Shown in pieces: positions 21,530-32,615 of a stretch of DNA of 64,000 nt (position 1 is its first letter; each line of letters starts with the position of its first letter). A program made the translations under genes and the position numbers. Where the stretch lies: positions 2,048,001 to 2,112,000 of the forward strand of contig CAXXHB010000003.1 of NCBI GenBank assembly GCA_963664815.2. Direction: 5' to 3'. This stretch comes from Spirochaetota bacterium. GTDB lineage: Bacteria; Spirochaetota; UBA4802; UBA5550. Under the pieces are notes generated by a model. That model was not told where the DNA came from. It ran no database searches and saw nothing but the letters and a program-made list of their open reading frames with translations.

Positions 21530-22663
21530 TCAGGTTGATCTGTTTTTCTTATCTGAATTCTGAAGGAATGAACTATTAATTCTTTCATCTAACCCATCGC
21601 AGAAAGTATCAACTGTTGCCGAGTTAATAGCGGGCTTGATTAAATAACTGATTATTATATCAAAACAGACCCCTGTTATAAATAAAGCCGCAACTGTCAG
21701 AAAGCAGTGAACCAAAAAAAAGTGTGAATTATAATAGGCACCCCTGTTCACAGCAACACCCCAGATCCACTCCCTTAATATAAAATTCTCATGGAACAGA
21801 TATACTCCGAATGTGGAACCTGCTATATAGTTTATAAGCCTGTTAGTGTTAATAGAAATCTTCAGGAATAAAAGAAATAGGCTTACTCCAAGTACAAGAG
21901 AAAATATATTATTCATATCAAGAACCATGTTGTTAAACAGTTCAATATTCAGAAAATGACCGATGGGATATGTTGAATATGAAAGCGCCCAGAAACCGGT
22001 TATTGTAATTAAAAGTCCGGATTTGGTTATTCTATCCTCCGGATGATACTTTTTAATATAACCGGCAATTGTATAGAGAATTAAAAAAGTTAAAATACCA
22101 TTTCTTTCATTGGACATTGAGAAAGCCCTGTTTGTGGAAATACCGAAAACAAGTATTATCGATAAAAGCAGAAACAGTTTATGCTGCCCTTCATTGCATC
22201 GTTCCATGAGCAGATCCATAAATGGAGCAAGCAGGCACATACCAAGATATGGCCCGACAAACCAGTAGGCTTCATAACCGTACATAAATGGGATAAAGGA
22301 TCTTATGACCATACCGGCGTCCCGGCGTATATGTAAAACGTATATTCCGGCAAGAAGAGATAAAAGAGAAAAAGCTACAACCTGGATTAACAGTGAGACT
22401 ATTCTTTTTGTTTTAAATTTACCTTCACCGGCCATAAAATAGCCGCTTATAAGAACAAATGCCACCAGAGCCGGGTAGCCGGTAGATCTGAAAAGATGAG
22501 CAATATTATTATTAAAATTAAAAACATCGTAAGTTTCAACAATACCCCTTCTTGATACATAGTGATTCAATACTATGATGGCCATGCATATAATGCGCAG
22601 AAGTTCAATATTGGATTTACGGGCTTTCATAAAATTTCTCCATTTCGTTTCGGCTCTGCTCAA
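21530..22663 (-). CDS. acyltransferase family 3 membrane protein
   Basis: RKSNIELLRI, FVLISGYF, YWFV, TFGVYLFH. Confidence 0.88.
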   Translation of the reverse strand: MSRAETKWRNFMKARKSNIELLRIICMAIIVLNHYVSRRGIVETYDVFNFNNNIAHLFRSTGYPALVAFVLISGYFMAGEGKFKTKRIVSLLIQVVAFSLLSLLAGIYVLHIRRDAGMVIRSFIPFMYGYEAYWFVGPYLGMCLLAPFMDLLMERCNEGQHKLFLLLSIILVFGISTNRAFSMSNERNGILTFLILYTIAGYIKKYHPEDRITKSGLLITITGFWALSYSTYPIGHFLNIELFNNMVLDMNNIFSLVLGVSLFLLFLKISINTNRLINYIAGSTFGVYLFHENFILREWIWGVAVNRGAYYNSHFFLVHCFLTVAALFITGVCFDIIISYLIKPAINSATVDTFCDGLDERINSSFLQNSDKKNRST

Positions 22664-22759
22664 CGAACGACGTTTGCATTAACTGTTCGTTTCGACTCCG
22701 CTCAACGAGCGTCGTTTTGCATTAACTGTTCGACTCCGCTCAACGAACGAAGTTTGCAT
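22644..22759 (+). repeat. three tandem ~40-bp REP-like units
   Basis: Core TTCG(A/G)CTC(C/T)GCTCAACGA(A/G)CG..TTTGCAT repeated three times. Confidence 0.8.
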
Positions 22760-22788
22760 ATATACTCCGGATACAGGAGTCTTCTTAA

Positions 22789-23391
22789 TCAGATTTCATG
22801 TTTTTTAAATGATGAACTTAATAGTGTGAATCCCTGGAGTGTCATTACCTCATTGAGCGCAGGTTCAAGTTCAATGCTCTCTATTTCCGATTCCTTCTTT
22901 GTCATAACAAGGGTAAGGTGTGATTCGATTGCATCTTTTAATGTTTTCAGAAGATTTACAGCTTTCTCTTCCCACTCTCTTTTACAGGTGTCAACAGCAC
23001 AGAGTGTTCCGAAAACCGTACCGTCAGGCCATAACAGCGGTACACCAAGGTATGCAATTATACCCGCTTTTGCGGTGGGTGAATCCGACCATTGTTCTTC
23101 GCTGCCTGCATCATTTATATGAAGCATCTGCTTTTTTACTGCAATATCTGTACAGTATACTCCATCCATCTGCATTCGCGTACCGGAAGGAAGAGGGTTC
23201 CCAGGGCTGATGTTTGAGAGTAATATTTCCAGTTCCGGCGGTTCAAAGCGATTAATCATTACACTCGGTACTGACAGATAAATTGCAACAGAATCAACAA
23301 TCCTCTGCCAGATTTCGGCTATTCCGTCAGGTATTGGCAGGTTTCTTGTTTCCAACTCCACAATATCACATCCGTGTTTTAACTTAAACAA
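22789..23391 (-). CDS. GAF domain protein
   Basis: YC..., AYLGVPLLWPDGTVFGTLCAVD GAF signature. Confidence 0.85.
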   Translation of the reverse strand: MFKLKHGCDIVELETRNLPIPDGIAEIWQRIVDSVAIYLSVPSVMINRFEPPELEILLSNISPGNPLPSGTRMQMDGVYCTDIAVKKQMLHINDAGSEEQWSDSPTAKAGIIAYLGVPLLWPDGTVFGTLCAVDTCKREWEEKAVNLLKTLKDAIESHLTLVMTKKESEIESIELEPALNEVMTLQGFTLLSSSFKKHEI

Positions 23392-23500
23392 TTACAGATG
23401 ACTTACTGATATATTTAACCTGCAGTATTGTCAATTATATTCTTTCTGAAAGTTCCGTTACATTGAAATCCATGCAGTTAATTACCCTGCAGAACAACAG

Positions 23501-24262
23501 TTATATACTGAATAAATATGCTGCTGAAAGTGTTATCCCGTAAAATTTACTTTTATTGCTGAATCCATCCTCATATTCTGTTTTAATATACTGGTATCTG
23601 CCGCCGATACTTATTGATGTAGAAGCCGGTTCAATGTAGTATGCCAGGGAAATACTTGCGTTAAATCCATAATCTTTAACATCAAGATTACTGGTATACC
23701 CGTTAGTGTCTGAATATTCTTCATCACCCCACAAATAGAAACTTCCTGCATTTCCTGTTATAAAAAAATTATCCGATACAGGCAGCGTTACAGATAAACC
23801 AGCACCAGGACCGAATGTTCTGTGATCAAACTCACCTGTATATGTGGAAGCTTTAATATCATAAGCAAACCCGGAATATTTTGCTCCTAAATATATTCTG
23901 AAATAGCTGTTTAACTTGTAGTTAAGCGCTGTATCGCCATCAAACCTGTCTATATCATATGTGTAATAACTGACCGGGCCGCCGTAAAGAACTGAATCAC
24001 TGTAATTTCTTGCATCTGCATTAAAATTTCCATAAAGGAAAAGAAACGTAAAACTTAATTTTTCAGTAAAATTTATCGAAAATGTCGGTCCATAAACAAT
24101 ACCCGGATCTGTTGTAACCTTTTCGTATCTGTCTTCAGGAAAATCCCACCACGCATACCATGTGTATACCCCGGCTGACATATCAACAGCAGATACTGTT
24201 GCTGGATTAAAGACTGAAATCATAATAAGTGCCGCTGTAAATATTAATAATATTTTTTTCAT
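23501..24262 (-). CDS. outer-membrane beta-barrel protein
   Basis: Signal peptide, alternating aromatic beta-strands, C-terminal AAYLFSI. Confidence 0.75.
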   Translation of the reverse strand: MKKILLIFTAALIMISVFNPATVSAVDMSAGVYTWYAWWDFPEDRYEKVTTDPGIVYGPTFSINFTEKLSFTFLFLYGNFNADARNYSDSVLYGGPVSYYTYDIDRFDGDTALNYKLNSYFRIYLGAKYSGFAYDIKASTYTGEFDHRTFGPGAGLSVTLPVSDNFFITGNAGSFYLWGDEEYSDTNGYTSNLDVKDYGFNASISLAYYIEPASTSISIGGRYQYIKTEYEDGFSNKSKFYGITLSAAYLFSI

Positions 24263-24532
24263 ACTATATACCTTTACTATTTATATTTTATTCACGAAAC
24301 TGAATTTACAAACACTACGATCAGATATGAACAATAGTGAACCGCATTAACTGAAATCTTATCAACATAATAAAAAAAAAGAGCCGCGGCTGACAAATAC
24401 TTTTTTTGGGGTATGTTAAAATTCAATAACAATTTCTCATTTTTTTATTACATAAATACCGTTGACAACCCTTTCATCTTCATTTACCGTTAAATTAAAA
24501 TTTAATCCGTCAACATACATCAGGAGGCGTTC

Positions 24533-25333
24533 ATGGCAGAGACAAGAAGAGATTTTGAAAGCTGTTTTGTAACAATAAAGGAAAACATCGCAATCATAAC
24601 ACTTAACAGACCTGATAAGATGAACGCGCTTAATCCTGAACTTTTTGAGGGTATTGCCGGATCTTTTGCCTTCCTCGCCTCAGAGGATAAAGTCAGATCG
24701 GTTATCCTGACAGGCGCAGGGGATCACTTCTCGGCAGGAGGTGACGTTGAAAAAGATATAGATCCGCTCAGGACAAAGACAGTCAATGAATTCAAGGCAT
24801 ACTTCGAGTCGCTTGCGGAGCTCTACGAAATGATTTACAATTACAGCAAGCCGACTATCGCTGCAATCAACGGCTATGCGCTCGGCGCAGGGATGGAACT
24901 CACTCTGATGTGCGACATCCGTATAGCTTCGGAGAATCTTCAGATGGGTGAATTTTTTGTACGAATGGGACTTGTGCCGGAAACCGGTATGTGCATGCTC
25001 CCGAAAATCGTCGGACTCGGCATGGCAAAACTTATCTGTATGACCGGAGAACTGATAGACGCGAAGGAGGCGTTCCGCATCGGACTTGTTGAAAAGGTTG
25101 TACCGTCAGCCGGGCTTTTGCCTCAGGCTGAAATGTTAGCCCTGAAGCTTGCAGGCAACCCGTCTTCAGTGAGAATCATAAAGCGCGCTATCAATGAGTT
25201 CGCAACAATGCCTTTTGAAGCAACGGAGACTGCTACAATCGGATACCAGTTTGAAGCCGCAAGAACCGCTGATCATGCCGAGGCTGTCATGGCATTCATG
25301 GAAAAAAGAAAACCGGTCTTTAACGGGGAGTGA
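24533..25333 (+). CDS. enoyl-CoA hydratase/isomerase family
   Basis: TLNRPDKMNAL, FSAGGD, IAAINGYALGAG, FMEKRKPVF. Confidence 0.93.
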   Translation: MAETRRDFESCFVTIKENIAIITLNRPDKMNALNPELFEGIAGSFAFLASEDKVRSVILTGAGDHFSAGGDVEKDIDPLRTKTVNEFKAYFESLAELYEMIYNYSKPTIAAINGYALGAGMELTLMCDIRIASENLQMGEFFVRMGLVPETGMCMLPKIVGLGMAKLICMTGELIDAKEAFRIGLVEKVVPSAGLLPQAEMLALKLAGNPSSVRIIKRAINEFATMPFEATETATIGYQFEAARTADHAEAVMAFMEKRKPVFNGE

Positions 25334-25414
25334 AGACCGGACGCACACCCCTTCAATCCGTTTTTATATCCGGCGGAATCTTAAATTTTAATTATTTATA
25401 ATAAGAGGCAAAAC

Positions 25415-25765
25415 ATGGATGAAAACAATTTTATTTTTTCAATCATTAACCAGTATAAATACCCGATAGTTTTTGTTAATAACAATCATATTATTGAATA
25501 TCTGAATACAGCTGCAATCAGTAAATACAGTAAACGCGGAATAAACGATTTACTGCATAAATCAATATTTGACTGCCATAACCCTGCATCTAAAAGTAAA
25601 ATTCTTGAATATCATAAAAAATTTATTGATGGTGAAAACGAGTTTTTTATACAGATTAACAGGAATAATCAAAGAGTATACATGGTTGCCGTAAGAGACA
25701 AAGCCGGAAATCTGACCGGATATTATGAGAGATTTGAAGACATAAATAATCCTGTTGACAGATAA
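25415..25765 (+). CDS. small PAS-domain protein
   Basis: IEYLNTAA, KSIFDCH, VRDKAGNLTGYYE. Confidence 0.75.
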   Translation: MDENNFIFSIINQYKYPIVFVNNNHIIEYLNTAAISKYSKRGINDLLHKSIFDCHNPASKSKILEYHKKFIDGENEFFIQINRNNQRVYMVAVRDKAGNLTGYYERFEDINNPVDR

Positions 25766-25826
25766 TTTCTTTTGTTTCCTGTTTATCAACTGATTATTAA
25801 TTCCATTTTATAAACAGGTATCAATT

Positions 25827-26279
25827 ATGAAAATATTTATTAAGGCAATCCTTGGAGTTGCAGTATGGTTTGGCTTCTTCTATTTCTATGCCGTGAAGAT
25901 CTCCGGAAGCAACGCCGGGGTGAACATGCTCGTATTTTTTTCCTCTTTTGCACTTTTACTGATTTTTATACTGTGGATCTCGGGCGTAATTGAAATGGCG
26001 ATGTCAGGTATCCGCAGGGAGAAGCTTCTGAAAAGCGGGACAGCTGCTTCGGGCTGTATTGTAAGCTGTGAAAAGACAGGTGTTAAAATGTCTGTAAACT
26101 CAGACTACCCAAGATATGGCGCCGTGCTTGTTATTGATATAGAAACGTCAGATGGGGAGAAATTCCAGGCCAGTACAAAGATGATGCTGCCTGAACATGA
26201 ATTAGCCGGAATAAGACCGGGAAAACAGGTGCAGGTTCGATTTGATCCGCGTAACAGAAATAATGTTATAATAGAATGA
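25827..26279 (+). CDS. membrane protein (DUF3592-like)
   Basis: Two TM helices and OB-like tail PGKQVQVRFDP. Confidence 0.65.
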   Translation: MKIFIKAILGVAVWFGFFYFYAVKISGSNAGVNMLVFFSSFALLLIFILWISGVIEMAMSGIRREKLLKSGTAASGCIVSCEKTGVKMSVNSDYPRYGAVLVIDIETSDGEKFQASTKMMLPEHELAGIRPGKQVQVRFDPRNRNNVIIE

Positions 26280-26345
26280 TTTATTCCGCAGGAGTTTATA
26301 ACCTCCTGCATATTTTATATGCTTAACAGATGAGAGTTTCAGTGA

Positions 26346-27128
26346 TTAAAGAAGATAAATGATATCATTTAAATTGTTAAACTCATAAACCGGATTAATG
26401 TCTGTTTTATTCTCCTTTAAATTTCTGTTAAGCCAGACCGATGTAATCCCCATGTTATTAGCTCCCCGGATATCCTTTTCAAGGCTGTCTCCGATCATTA
26501 TGGAATCATCTTTTTTACTGTTTACCTGTTTCAGGCAATAATTAAATATCTCTACCCCCGGTTTTTTATAACCTATTTCTCCGGATATAACAATTGTATG
26601 GAAATATTGCTCAATATTGCTTTTCCTGATTTTCTGCCATTGCAGATCCGGAGTTCCATTTGTAATAAGCGCAATTTTCAGATTTAACCCGGACAGCTGC
26701 TTTAAAAATATTTCTGTATCATCAAAGAGTATATGCCTGTTTCTTCTGTCTTCTATATAAACTAAAGACAATTTTAATGCAAGTTCATCATCAACAATCC
26801 CATATTTTAATAAAGCATTACGCCATGCCGTTTTCTGATAATACGACCTGAGGCTTTTTAACTCTTTCTGATTTTCATCGGTATCTGAAAAATCAGCCCA
26901 TAAAGCCTCCCATGAACTGATCCCGATTTCCTTTGCATATTTAATTGTCGGTAGAGAGTACCACAGATCTCTGGCGGAATTACGTACAGTATTTATGAAA
27001 CCCTCTGAATCTATATTATGAAATTTACCAAGGTATTCCGCAGAGGCCATAAAAGACTCCTGTGCCGATTTTTCTTCAACAATCAGAGTATCATCCAAAT
27101 CTATTAATACAGTTTTGTAATTCATCAA
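26346..27128 (-). CDS. HAD-superfamily hydrolase
   Basis: DLDDTL, ITNG, KP, GDSLEKDI motifs. Confidence 0.92.
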   Translation of the reverse strand: MMNYKTVLIDLDDTLIVEEKSAQESFMASAEYLGKFHNIDSEGFINTVRNSARDLWYSLPTIKYAKEIGISSWEALWADFSDTDENQKELKSLRSYYQKTAWRNALLKYGIVDDELALKLSLVYIEDRRNRHILFDDTEIFLKQLSGLNLKIALITNGTPDLQWQKIRKSNIEQYFHTIVISGEIGYKKPGVEIFNYCLKQVNSKKDDSIMIGDSLEKDIRGANNMGITSVWLNRNLKENKTDINPVYEFNNLNDIIYLL

Positions 27129-27391
27129 TCATTAACCTTAATACCAATATCATAGCTGATACAAAGAACCTGATTCAGATTCTTTTTTTTATCTGACAAG
27201 TAAGACATACTATTTTTCATGAAATTATTTAATCGTAAATTAGTAATATCTTACAATTACTTCTTCGATTTTTAAGATTATATTATTTTAATATTACAGC
27301 TATAATGATAAATAATGATAAATAATGAAAATATACTGTTATTTCCGCGGAATTCATATCCGATGCTTAAATTAACAACCATTTTCTTTTC

Positions 27392-28024
27392 TCATTTTCT
27401 TAAATATAATTCAATGTGATTAAATTCATTTCTTTTATTTACAACTTTATCTATAACATAGAGTCCAAGATCTTCAAGTTCTGCCAATAAAAATTTTTCT
27501 GCCGGAATAAACCGATATGGTAAATTATCAGAATATTTTGTATGATTTTCAGCGTCAGGGCTGGATAAACTGCTGATAAATAAAATTCCACCCGGAGACA
27601 ACATCTTGTACAGATTTTTTAAAAATCTTTGCCTGTCGTCACCGATTATACAATGGAGACAATTCCCGTCCATAATAACATCATAAGTCTCATTGAAGTT
27701 TATACCCGGCACAGTTAAATCCGAATGAACATATTTAATATTCATCAGCATCGATTCACTTTTCCGGATTGCCCAGTCAATGGCCACTTTTGAAATATCA
27801 ACCCCGGTGACCAAATATCCTTTTTTATAAAATTCCCTGCATAAAACGCCTTCTCCACAACCGGCTTCCATTACTTTACCGGATTTCGGAATAAAGCCTG
27901 AATGAAGAATATTTTCACATTGATTTAATTTCTTTATAAATCTTTCGTTACCGCCCCAGCATTCATAGCCATTTTCAAGAGCAGATTTATATTGGTTATC
28001 ATAAAATGATTGTTTATTAAACAT
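27392..28024 (-). CDS. class I SAM-dependent methyltransferase
   Basis: EAGCGEG, GVDIS, LSPGG. Confidence 0.9.
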   Translation of the reverse strand: MFNKQSFYDNQYKSALENGYECWGGNERFIKKLNQCENILHSGFIPKSGKVMEAGCGEGVLCREFYKKGYLVTGVDISKVAIDWAIRKSESMLMNIKYVHSDLTVPGINFNETYDVIMDGNCLHCIIGDDRQRFLKNLYKMLSPGGILFISSLSSPDAENHTKYSDNLPYRFIPAEKFLLAELEDLGLYVIDKVVNKRNEFNHIELYLRK

Positions 28025-28119
28025 ATTAAAATCCGGCGTCCTGTTTATATTCTGATAAATACATCAGGTACCGGCAATCAAAGTATTGCGGAACACCAGT
28101 CAGTGCCGGTAAGACAGGT

Positions 28120-28896
28120 TTAATTTTTAAAAATATATGAATGCTGATATTTATTTGCATAATAATGACTTCTTGATGCCAGAAAATATGAACCATCTTT
28201 TTTTATGATCATTATATCAGAAAATTGATCAACCGATTCATATTCCCCCTTTTTTATATATGGAATATCCCTTTTTTCAACAGGGGAATACCATTCATCA
28301 TATCCGCCATAGGGATGATCAATGCAGTATAATACAAAATATGAATCACAATTATTACAATGCTTAATTATCCTTGAATTATCGCTTGTACCTGTTTTCG
28401 ATATTTCGACAAAACTACTTTCATGACATAATAAACAATCGCAGTATTTTGATAACCCCTTCTCAAGTTTTATATCTTTTTCATAATCAATAAATGATTC
28501 AATACTTATCAGATCGTCTTCAACAGAATATATGCAATCTGAATATTTTTTAAGGAAAACATTCAGATCCTCTATTCCAATATTAACTTTTCTGTTTTTA
28601 TTATTGATACTTATCTTTATATTTGAATTACAAAAATTAAAAATTTTTGGTTTATCATACCATGCTAAAAGCAGGTTTTTAAATGAAACTGCTGCATCAT
28701 TCTGAATCTCAAAGCGGTTGTAATTTCCGGTTTTATTGTTATTTATTCGTGCTGATATTAATGAAAGATCACCCTTCAATAAAAGAAAGTATCTGTTATT
28801 TACCATGAAATTTACAGGAATCTTCTCATCCAGAAGAATAAAGAGGGACGATTTCCCTTTAGTGCATGTTATCAATATTTCAAAAATATCTTCCAA
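28120..28896 (-). CDS. hypothetical protein with C-terminal CxxC pairs
   Basis: 258-aa ORF; CLLC and CNNC could bind Zn. Confidence 0.55.
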   Translation of the reverse strand: MEDIFEILITCTKGKSSLFILLDEKIPVNFMVNNRYFLLLKGDLSLISARINNNKTGNYNRFEIQNDAAVSFKNLLLAWYDKPKIFNFCNSNIKISINNKNRKVNIGIEDLNVFLKKYSDCIYSVEDDLISIESFIDYEKDIKLEKGLSKYCDCLLCHESSFVEISKTGTSDNSRIIKHCNNCDSYFVLYCIDHPYGGYDEWYSPVEKRDIPYIKKGEYESVDQFSDIMIIKKDGSYFLASRSHYYANKYQHSYIFKN

Positions 28897-28918
28897 TTAT
28901 TGTACCCCTGTAGAATTC

Positions 28919-30079
28919 TCAGTCATCTGCTGTGAAATTCCCGGGCCTTTTCCTGAGGTTTTTATTTTCCTTGTCCAGATACATAAGGTCATCTACAGTC
29001 TTTATAATTTTTTCTATAGACAGATTCTCATCTTTTCTGAAAATTTCAGCCCCCATGCTGAAAGACAGAGTATATGGCTTTCCGCTGCTTATATTCCATT
29101 CAGCGGTCTTTTTCCTTATTCTTGCGACGGCATCATCAAGAACCGACCTGTCCCCCATATCAAGCAAAACGAGAAATTCATCACCTGCATAGCGGGCTAT
29201 TATATCCCCGGTACGCAGAGACTGCTGGATAATTCTTACTGCAGTTCCAAGCGCAGCATCCCCTTCAATATGGCCGAAACGGTCATTGATTGTCTTGAAA
29301 TCATCAATATCCAGCATTATAAGTGAAAATTCCGCTCCACCGAAACTGATTCTCCTGTGCAGTATTGAATCAAACTGTCGTCGGTTAAATATTCCGGTGA
29401 GATAATCTGTTGTAAGAAGACTGTTCTGTATATTAATAAATATCAGCAGAATTGATATTGTCATGGAGGGCCATAAGAGTGTTATACCAAATACAGAAGC
29501 CTGAATTATTCCGGCAATTATAGGCGGTACAGCAAAAAACAGAAGGGTTTTAAATATTCCCGGTTCCGCCATCTTCCTGTTGAACAATATCATTAAAAAT
29601 GTATAGGCAATGAACAGATAGCACGCTGAAAAAAAATATATGAAGCAGTATCCCCTTGTATAATAATTTTCTTCATTGATATAGAAAATATAACCTTTCC
29701 AGATGCTTGCTATTATAAAAAAAATAAAAACAGAATTAACGGCTGTTAGGACTATTCCAGCAATTTTTATTTTTTTTAAATTCCTGAAAATTGAAAAATC
29801 GGCATACAGTGTCCAGAAGGTAAGAATCAGAGGATGTGAAATATAATATATAACCGATGACAGTATATTCAGTTCCCTGAGCAATACACCCTTTTTCCCG
29901 TCCAGGTACCAGTTTACTGAATCTGTAACCAGAAGAACAATTGTTATAATGGCCATTGTATTAAACAATATCTGGGTGAAGGAAATTCCGGAAGATGACA
30001 CTTTTCTGTTAAGTATAATAAGAAGAACAAAAATACAAAATAAATTCAGTATAATATATCCGCTCACTGAAACGGTCAT
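28919..30079 (-). CDS. membrane diguanylate cyclase (GGDEF domain, AGDEF variant)
   Basis: About seven TM helices; DYLTGIFNRR, DIDDFKTIND, RYAGDEF. Confidence 0.92.
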   Translation of the reverse strand: MTVSVSGYIILNLFCIFVLLIILNRKVSSSGISFTQILFNTMAIITIVLLVTDSVNWYLDGKKGVLLRELNILSSVIYYISHPLILTFWTLYADFSIFRNLKKIKIAGIVLTAVNSVFIFFIIASIWKGYIFYINEENYYTRGYCFIYFFSACYLFIAYTFLMILFNRKMAEPGIFKTLLFFAVPPIIAGIIQASVFGITLLWPSMTISILLIFINIQNSLLTTDYLTGIFNRRQFDSILHRRISFGGAEFSLIMLDIDDFKTINDRFGHIEGDAALGTAVRIIQQSLRTGDIIARYAGDEFLVLLDMGDRSVLDDAVARIRKKTAEWNISSGKPYTLSFSMGAEIFRKDENLSIEKIIKTVDDLMYLDKENKNLRKRPGNFTADD

Positions 30080-30304
30080 TTTAACATCCTGTCATGCGTT
30101 ATGCATTATCTATTTAAAACAGATTAACCTGAAAGCAGTTTACTGTCAACAATAACAATAATCTGCTGATTCACTCACACGACTCCATAAATCTATTTTC
30201 ACCGCTGATGTTTTGTTTTATCATAAGTGAATGAATTATCTTTTATATAATTCCAGATTTTATCCAATGCATAATCAAGTGGAGAAAATATTTACAGGGG
30301 ATAT

Positions 30305-30763
30305 TTAATCCTGTCGTTTTTCAAACAGGTTTTTGAATATTGTTTTTCCTTCATTTACATCTGATTTAAAATCCAGGTAGATCTTGATTACAAGAAAAAA
30401 GATAACAGTAACAAATACCGGCATAATACCGGACAATGTATATTTATCTTTATGTTCATTTAAAAAATACATTATAAATAATACAAAAACAGTTACCGGT
30501 ATAACAATCATACGGAGATCAATCTTAAATTTTACATCAATTTTATTTTCATAAATTTTCCCGGTTATTAGCGCCGGTACATGTCGGCGATAGCCGGACA
30601 TGCGTACTAATTTAAAATCAGAATTATTCACTTCACCAATTAATCGGTTCATTGTAACATAAGGAACAAAGGCTTCCCTTGGCAATACACTTTCTTTAAG
30701 TTTCTCAATAATCCGTGATGAATTCATATCTGTTTCTATAGTCATTTTGTAAGATGTCATCAT
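30305..30763 (-). CDS. hypothetical membrane protein
   Basis: 152-aa ORF with two C-terminal TM segments. Confidence 0.6.
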   Translation of the reverse strand: MMTSYKMTIETDMNSSRIIEKLKESVLPREAFVPYVTMNRLIGEVNNSDFKLVRMSGYRRHVPALITGKIYENKIDVKFKIDLRMIVIPVTVFVLFIMYFLNEHKDKYTLSGIMPVFVTVIFFLVIKIYLDFKSDVNEGKTIFKNLFEKRQD

Positions 30764-31037
30764 ATTCTGTTTTCCTTTTAAAACTGAAGTATTTATAAAT
30801 TCAGACTGTTTTTATGCAACTTTATCTCTCAATATGCAATTAATTTGTAAAGCATTATACTTACGTATTCCGGCCCAAACCTGCCACCCATTCCGGAAAA
30901 TGCCTGCCACCTGTTCCGGTGCAAAGTTGCCACCCATTCCGGTTGAAACCTGCCACTTGTAGGATTTTACCGGAATAAAAAACAAACCATTTCCTTTTAA
31001 AACAGAGCCTGAATTATCTGATAAAAAATCAAATCAG

Positions 31038-32615
31038 ATGGAGTTACCGGGCATGTCACAAAGGAGAATATCGATGAAAAAAATCAGGGAAATCATTCGT
31101 CTTCACGAGCATTCAAAACTCAGCCAAAGGCAGATATCTCAGGCAATGGGAATGTCACGTCCGGTTGTCAGTGATTATATTAACAAAATTAAAACACTCG
31201 GTTTAACTTTTATTGATATAGAAAATATGCCGGATGAAAAACTTCTGAATGTTCTTCAGGGAAATAAAACACCGGACAACAAACGCCATGAAATGCTTCA
31301 AAATCAGTTCCTTCATTTCACGCAGGAGCTCAAACGCCTCGGAGTGACCCGTCAAACTTTATGGGAGGAATACATTCTCGAAAATCCAGGCGGATACAGC
31401 TACTCACAGTTTTGTTATCATTTTCAGGTCTGGCAGAATATGTCAGAAATTACGATGCATATCGAACACAAAGCGGGAGACAAACTCTTTGTGGATTTTG
31501 CCGGTAAGAAACTTTCCATAACAGACCGGTCAACGGGAGAGATAAGAGAGGTTGAAGTATTTGTGGCAATACTTGGGGCAAGCCAGCTTGTTTATATTGA
31601 AGCTTCGATGAGTCAGAAGAAGGAGGAATGGATAAGACTAAATGAAAATGCATTAAGATATATTGGAGGCGTTCCACAGGCCATTGTGCCGGACTGTTTA
31701 AAATCTGCAGTAACAAAGACAGATCGATATGAACCGGATATCAATCCGGAATATCTCGACTTCGCCCGGCATTACGGCATAACAATTCTTCCAGCTCGTC
31801 CGGCAAAACCGAAAGACAAAGCTCTGGTTGAAGGGGCGGTACGAATTTCATATTCATGGATTTACGCTAAACTTCGTGACCGAATATTCTTTTCACTTGA
31901 AGAACTCAATGTCGCGATCATAGAACTGCTTGAAGAATTTAATGCCCGGATAATGCAGCGTCCAGGTGTAAGCAGACGGGAACTTTTTAACAGCATTGAG
32001 AAGAGTGAATTGCAGCCTCTTCCGGCAGATCGTTATGAACTCAAGAGATTTAAAAGTCTTACGGTACAATTCAATTATCACATTTATCTGAGTGATGATA
32101 GTCATTACTATAGCGTACCATATCGCTATAAAGGACGGAAAGTTGACGTATTCTTCACTGAAAGAGCTGTGGAAGTCTACTCGGGCAATGTAAGGATAGC
32201 TTCTCACCTCAGAAACAAGAGAAAAAACGGTTACACGACTGAACGGGTTCATATGCCGGAGTCACACAAATGGGAGGATAACTGGAACCCTGAAAAACTG
32301 ACAGATATGGCAAGCGGTAAAGGAGAAGCTGTGGCAACTGTAATAGAGACGGTTCTTGCATCACGTCAGCATCCGGAGCAGAGTTACAAGACATGCCTCG
32401 GAATAATCGCCCTTGCAAAAACTTACGGAGAGTCCCGTCTTAACCTCGCTTGTGAGCGGGCAATCTATTATGAAAACTGCACATACAAAATGATCAAAAA
32501 CATTCTAAGTAACAACATGGATCAGGCGGGAGAAGAAGACAAATATTCGGAGTTCACTCTGCCTGAGCATGACAATATAAGAGGACGTGAATATTATATG
32601 GAGGAATTACGATGA
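31038..32615 (+). CDS. istA: IS21 transposase
   Basis: N-terminal HTH, HKAGDKLFVDFAG, VPDCLKSAV, PKDKALVE, HDNIRGREYY. Confidence 0.96.
   Translation: MELPGMSQRRISMKKIREIIRLHEHSKLSQRQISQAMGMSRPVVSDYINKIKTLGLTFIDIENMPDEKLLNVLQGNKTPDNKRHEMLQNQFLHFTQELKRLGVTRQTLWEEYILENPGGYSYSQFCYHFQVWQNMSEITMHIEHKAGDKLFVDFAGKKLSITDRSTGEIREVEVFVAILGASQLVYIEASMSQKKEEWIRLNENALRYIGGVPQAIVPDCLKSAVTKTDRYEPDINPEYLDFARHYGITILPARPAKPKDKALVEGAVRISYSWIYAKLRDRIFFSLEELNVAIIELLEEFNARIMQRPGVSRRELFNSIEKSELQPLPADRYELKRFKSLTVQFNYHIYLSDDSHYYSVPYRYKGRKVDVFFTERAVEVYSGNVRIASHLRNKRKNGYTTERVHMPESHKWEDNWNPEKLTDMASGKGEAVATVIETVLASRQHPEQSYKTCLGIIALAKTYGESRLNLACERAIYYENCTYKMIKNILSNNMDQAGEEDKYSEFTLPEHDNIRGREYYMEELR

Noticed and set aside
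22644-22759. Mini-CRISPR
   Set aside because: The units are contiguous with no unique spacers and vary in sequence.
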